From: a bacterium
GTDB lineage: Bacteria; Hinthialibacterota; Hinthialibacteria; Hinthialibacterales; Hinthialibacteraceae
Reading direction: 5' to 3'
Length of the DNA stretch: 30,456 bases
Assembly (NCBI GenBank): GCA_041946805.1
Contig: JBHGBC010000094.1
Coordinates: 1-30,456, forward strand
The translations under genes were made by a program, and so were the position numbers. This document shows, piece after piece, positions 26,131 to 30,456 of this stretch; the stretch's first letter is position 1, and every line of letters starts with the position of its first letter. A model generated the notes under the pieces. That model did no database searches. It worked only from the letters and a program-made list of their open reading frames with translations, and was not told the origin of the DNA.

Positions 26131-28149
26131 CTAATCCATTTTCCCCCGGTTGATATTCTCGAATCGGCGGATGATGGTCTTTTTCCCGTTGGGATGTTCG
26201 GCTTCCACCACGATCGTGAATTCTTTGGAAAGACTGACATTCTCCATGAACAATCCGTCCGGGCTGACCGGCAATTCCTCGCCGTTGACCTGGATCCGGG
26301 CGCCCGGTTCGGCGTAGCCAACCAAATCGATGGCGCAGTCGCGGGCCACCGGCGTCCCCTCGGCCGGATTCGTCTGCACGAGGACCACCGGCTTTCGGTC
26401 CAAATCCCATATTTCCTCGATGACCTGCTTTTTCGCGGCGGTCAGCGCGGCGAGATCGCGGGTGAATTCATGTAGGTTCTTCACTACCCGTGATGCGATT
26501 TCCCGTCCGCGGCGAGCGGGATCGAACATGAAAAACCGGTCCCCCAGGGTTTGAAGGATCCGGCGGGTTTTGTCCTCCAACAGCCACAACGCCTCGTAAT
26601 CCTGAATGCCGTTCCGCATCTGCTCCCAGCGCAGCGAATCCAGCAGACCGTTTTGGGTGGGATAGACATGCCAGCCGTCGCCGTTGTGCTGTCCCGGGGC
26701 TTCGAAGGGATCCTCGGTCCAATGGTTGAATCCCCAATGTAAGTAACCGGTCAATCCGTACCGGTAATTCAGCCAATGCAGGACGCGGGATTCGATCAAG
26801 GCAACATCCACGGTTTTATTGGGGAACGAACCTCCCTGAAAGATTCCCACGGTATAAAACCACATTTCATTACCTTGTTCTTGCGCCTGGCGGTAGGCGT
26901 CAAAAAAGGTCGCGAGATGGTCCAATTTGGGAACCCAGACTTCCAGACGGCCTTGGCAATGGGGGGTTTCGATGGCGTCCATCCGTTTCAGGGAAGGCGC
27001 GTGCCGGCGCACGAAATCCGATGCCTCCCGCCAATCCATGATGTTGTGGTTCGAAGGCTCATCCGCGATATGGAACAACGTCTTGTCCAGCCACCCTTTC
27101 TCCCTCAAATGTTGTTCGAACGCCGGCAGGAACTGGGGCAGGAACTCGTTTCCCGGCATGGATTCGACTTTCTGGCCCGTTTCGTTCCGGACACTGAAAT
27201 CCCGCAGCGTGATGGTGCGGCTGGACCAGTCCCCCTCGCCGAAGCGGGCGACGAATCCCGTCTCCAGGCGGTCCATTTTTCCGGTATTCCAAAAGACCTC
27301 CGCCCAGCGGTCGAATTTCGAAAAATCGAACCGCAAACGGCCCTGGGCGTCCCGCGCGGCGGCGATCAATCCCAAATCCAGGCGGAAGACATTCTGCCGG
27401 TGGGCCGCCATGTTCTCCGCGTACAGGGCCAGCATCTTATAAAATTCTTCCGAGTCACCGCGTTCGATGCCGTGGAACTTTTTGAAATTCCCGATCGAAT
27501 ACCACTCCGTGACCTGCAGATGCCGCTCCTCCGGCAGCGCCAGGGGATACACGGTCAGTTCAATCGGAAGCGCCCGGCTGCCCTGTACGGACGAAGCGGT
27601 AATGGTTCCTTTATATAGGCCCGATTCAGCTTGGGGCGGTATCGCAATGGTGATATAGACGGCCTTGTATTCTCCCTTCCGTAAGGCCATTTGTTTTTCC
27701 TCACTCAAAAAATCCGGAAAACGGGCCGGCGCGGCGCGCGTCAGATCGGTTTTATTCAACTTGGATGTGTTTTTTGGGATGAAAATCGAGCCGACGAAAT
27801 TCCAGCGGACGTTCTCCGGCGGCAGGGAATATGCCGGATCGGTATGGAGCAATGGGCTGATGGATATTTCTACGCCCTGCAAATCCTCCCCGGCCTGGAT
27901 GAAGCACTGCGCGGATACGGTTTCGTTCCGCAAGCCGAAGATTTCAACGGCTTTTTGGGATGGCGCCAGTCCATATCCGTCTTCAAAGACCCGAACCATG
28001 TCGCTGACCGCCCGGAATTCGAATGGTCCTTCCGCTCCAGTGGCGCTTAGCCCTCCGAGCCACGCCAGCATGCCCACGAATCCATAACACCAACCCTTCC
28101 GTGATCGTTTTCCGAACATGGCAAGTTCCTTTCCACGCGCAACAATCAT
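26131..28149 (-). CDS. Secreted GH123-like/DUF4091 glycoside hydrolase with C-terminal Ig-like domain (start 28149 or 28119)
   Basis: HIADEP catalytic-type DE pair, GYLHWG, GDGWHVYP, SLRWEQMRNGIQDYE; signal peptide. Confidence 0.82.
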   Translation of the reverse strand: MIVARGKELAMFGKRSRKGWCYGFVGMLAWLGGLSATGAEGPFEFRAVSDMVRVFEDGYGLAPSQKAVEIFGLRNETVSAQCFIQAGEDLQGVEISISPLLHTDPAYSLPPENVRWNFVGSIFIPKNTSKLNKTDLTRAAPARFPDFLSEEKQMALRKGEYKAVYITIAIPPQAESGLYKGTITASSVQGSRALPIELTVYPLALPEERHLQVTEWYSIGNFKKFHGIERGDSEEFYKMLALYAENMAAHRQNVFRLDLGLIAAARDAQGRLRFDFSKFDRWAEVFWNTGKMDRLETGFVARFGEGDWSSRTITLRDFSVRNETGQKVESMPGNEFLPQFLPAFEQHLREKGWLDKTLFHIADEPSNHNIMDWREASDFVRRHAPSLKRMDAIETPHCQGRLEVWVPKLDHLATFFDAYRQAQEQGNEMWFYTVGIFQGGSFPNKTVDVALIESRVLHWLNYRYGLTGYLHWGFNHWTEDPFEAPGQHNGDGWHVYPTQNGLLDSLRWEQMRNGIQDYEALWLLEDKTRRILQTLGDRFFMFDPARRGREIASRVVKNLHEFTRDLAALTAAKKQVIEEIWDLDRKPVVLVQTNPAEGTPVARDCAIDLVGYAEPGARIQVNGEELPVSPDGLFMENVSLSKEFTIVVEAEHPNGKKTIIRRFENINRGKMD

Positions 28150-28481
28150 TCTTACCCCGTAGACCAGATTGTTACCCCCTCGCCGTATCGACTGGTCCTG
28201 GAGCCCACCCCCAGGCGGTTTTCATCATCATGAAACCAATGAGTGGCGTCAAGGTAACTTTTCACAAGTGCCTTGCTATCGGGAAGGGATTTCATTTTTC
28301 TCCCCCTGGCAAATGATCAGGTTGAAACAAAAACCTATCATCAGGCTCTCTCGTCCCGGCTGGCGTGTTCCTCCCACTGTTCCATCCGCGCCCCTTTCAA
28401 GGGGCCGCCTACACCAGCCTAGGGTTTCAAACCTGGGCCATTCAACCCTGGATTACCTGGCACGAAAACGACAGCCTCCCT

Positions 28482-28514
28482 CCCTCTCCCTCTGGGAGAG
28501 GGCCAGGGTGAGGG
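28482..28514 (+). repeat. 33-bp REP-like copy 7
   Basis: CCCTCTCCCTCTGGGAGAGGGCCAGGGTGAGGG. Confidence 0.9.
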
Positions 28515-28758
28515 AAAGCCTCATGACAAGGGGTTCGCTCGGCCCATTACGAAGATCCTTACGCGAATCGGAAAAATGAGTCCGCTTCCGGGGACAGTTT
28601 GAAAGCTGCCCAGGGGTACAACCCGGGGCAAAATTCTTAGGTGCGCATTTCCCGGATGATCCAAAAATGGAGCCAGGATTCAGCAATCCGCCGGCTTATG
28701 TCACAATAAAGCGGGTGGATAGCCTGCCTCGTCAACTCCGGAGAGGGAAGGAAACACC

Positions 28759-29907
28759 ATGGATACGGCATCTGGACCCGCGCGGAACCGGCCATCCCCG
28801 TTGCAATACGGTCAGACTGCATGTTGGTTTTCAGCCCTCGTGGTGGCGGGGGTGTTGCTCTTTCTCATCGGCGGGAGAACTGGTTCACTCGACTCTCTCC
28901 TGATGGGAGGCCTCCTGGCCGCGGTGGGAGGCTTACTCACGTTTTACATTCTGCGTTCGGGTAAAATCAACTCGGCGCGCTGGCTGTTATTCGTCGGCAC
29001 GGGACTTTTCTTCGGCATCGCCTTTACCTTGGAACACCAGGTAAACCGCGGCAGCATCCTGCTGTCCCCCGCCATCATCGAGAGCAAGGAAGTCCCGATC
29101 TGTCCCATCACCATCCCCTTCGTGTTACCGCCGTATTACCTCCGGGGAGAATGGATTTTTCCCACTTCGATGAAGGCCATTCTGGGTATTCTATTGTTCT
29201 GGTTCGCCTTCGCCTGGCTCTTCGGCCGGGGATGGTGCAGTTGGTTGTGCTTCTTCGGCGGGATCGACCAATTTTTCGCAAGCCTGGCCAAGCGGCCCTT
29301 GATCAAACTGGGGCCCTTGGGCCCGGCCGGCCGCATGTTCCCCTACGCGTTTCTGCTGTTCCTGATCCTGGTGGCGGTGGGCACGCTCTATCCGCTCTTC
29401 TGCGCCTGGCTGTGCCCGTTGCGCATCGTGTACGATCCCCCCGCGGTGAATACCACCAGCGAATGGCTGTCGGCGATTGTCTTCGTGACGGGCGGCATGG
29501 TATTTTTGGTGGCCGGCCCCTACGTGACCAAGAAACGCTTGTTCTGCAGCCTGGTGTGCCCCCTGTTGCCCGTCAATTCGCTTCTGGGGAAACTCAGTCC
29601 CTTTCAGTTGCGGATCGATCCGAACCGCTGCAACGCGTGCGGAAAATGCGCCACGGAATGCGAGATGTTCGCCGTGACCGCCGAAGCGGCCTCGGCTGGA
29701 GCGCCCCACCTGGAATGTTCGCGGTGCGGCCGCTGCGCCGACAAGTGCCCGTCCGGCGCAGCCGATTATTACCTGATCGGCACACGCGACCGGATCCGGC
29801 CCGTGTTCGTTTCGCTGGCGGTGATCTTCAACCTGCTTCTTACCAGCTCGTACATTTCCCTCCTGGTACAGTATTGGCGGACCGGGACGATTCAGTTCTT
29901 CCATTGA
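28759..29907 (+). CDS. Membrane 4Fe-4S protein, NapH/MauN/RdxA-like
   Basis: GRGWCSWLC, FCAWLCP, FCSLVCP, CNACGKCATEC, CSRCGRCADKCP; multiple TM helices. Confidence 0.9.
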   Translation: MDTASGPARNRPSPLQYGQTACWFSALVVAGVLLFLIGGRTGSLDSLLMGGLLAAVGGLLTFYILRSGKINSARWLLFVGTGLFFGIAFTLEHQVNRGSILLSPAIIESKEVPICPITIPFVLPPYYLRGEWIFPTSMKAILGILLFWFAFAWLFGRGWCSWLCFFGGIDQFFASLAKRPLIKLGPLGPAGRMFPYAFLLFLILVAVGTLYPLFCAWLCPLRIVYDPPAVNTTSEWLSAIVFVTGGMVFLVAGPYVTKKRLFCSLVCPLLPVNSLLGKLSPFQLRIDPNRCNACGKCATECEMFAVTAEAASAGAPHLECSRCGRCADKCPSGAADYYLIGTRDRIRPVFVSLAVIFNLLLTSSYISLLVQYWRTGTIQFFH

Positions 29908-29917
29908 GGCTGCCACC

Positions 29918-30007
29918 ATGGCATGGCATACGATCATACGCGCGGCGGCTTACCTGTACATGATTCTTGTGATCCTCACCGCGTTCGTCTTGTTGATGCG
30001 CGCCTAG
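29918..30007 (+). CDS. Small 29-aa hydrophobic protein
   Basis: MAWHTIIRAAAYLYMILVILTAFVLLMRA; GAGG RBS; fills the gap between two co-oriented genes. Confidence 0.55.
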   Translation: MAWHTIIRAAAYLYMILVILTAFVLLMRA

Positions 30008-30026
30008 GCGGGATCGAATCCGGATC

Positions 30027-30456
30027 ATGTTCGGTATCTTTTTCCAAGGGCTTACGCTCGGCCTGTCCACCGGCCTGTTTTGCCTGACCTCTTGCGCGCT
30101 GGTATTCGTTCCCCTCTTGATCTCCCAGAAGCGAGGATTCATGCAGAATCTGGGGACCGTGGCAGAATTGGCGGCCGGCCGGTTCGTGGCGTATATGATT
30201 TTCGGGGGAACGGCGGGCGCCCTGGGGAAACAGCTGGAGGGAGCCGCCATCCAACGGATTCTCGGCGGGATGATGGTGCTGCTGGCCCTGCTGCTGCTGG
30301 CCTACTCCATCTCAAGGAACGCTCCTCCCGGATCCTTATGCCGCTGGGCGCGTCTGGACCGGCTCCGCTATCCGTTCGTTTTCGGCTTTTTGACCGGGAT
30401 CAATCCCTGCGCGCCTTTTTTGTTGGCGCTCTCGTATGCCCTGGATCTCGGGGGCG
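30027..30456 (+). CDS. DsbD_2/TauE-SafE-like membrane protein, partial (runs off window)
   Basis: Manual translation: GLSTGLFCLTSC, GRFVAYMIFG, FGFLTGINPCAPF. Confidence 0.8.
   Translation, partial: MFGIFFQGLTLGLSTGLFCLTSCALVFVPLLISQKRGFMQNLGTVAELAAGRFVAYMIFGGTAGALGKQLEGAAIQRILGGMMVLLALLLLAYSISRNAPPGSLCRWARLDRLRYPFVFGFLTGINPCAPFLLALSYALDLGG

Noticed and set aside
17590..28630. CRISPR array
   Set aside because: Repeats are dispersed, not regularly spaced; no cas genes

Overview
Bacterial genomic window with two parts. Left (about 1-9.5 kb) is an integrative element directly downstream of a tRNA-Gly(TCC) gene, with all genes on the minus strand. In order: intact tyrosine integrase; a ~360-codon gene broken by three in-frame stops and a 121-bp MITE; an HTH excisionase-like gene broken by one TAA; an HTH replication initiator with an internal iteron-like array; a DnaB/T7-gp4-type helicase; a PC4-family ssDNA-binding protein; then a 1276-aa RecD2-like helicase fused to a PD-(D/E)XK-like nuclease (candidate defence cargo). 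No capsid, terminase or relaxase is visible, and the distal att site was not found. Right (9.7-30.5 kb) is GC-rich host backbone: M50 protease, ROK kinase, queG, thrC, NAGPA-type glycosidase, FmdE, fucose-isomerase-like, GH123/DUF4091-like, a 4Fe-4S membrane protein operon, two paralogous prepilin-like genes and two secreted proteins with similar short aromatic C-terminal tails. Intergenic spaces are full of several REP-like repeat families, including seven same-strand copies of a hairpin/G-quadruplex-capable 33-mer. The pilin paralog type suggests a Hinthialibacterota (OLB16)/Sumerlaeota-like host; this is an unverified inference. All protein calls come from motif recognition, not database searches.
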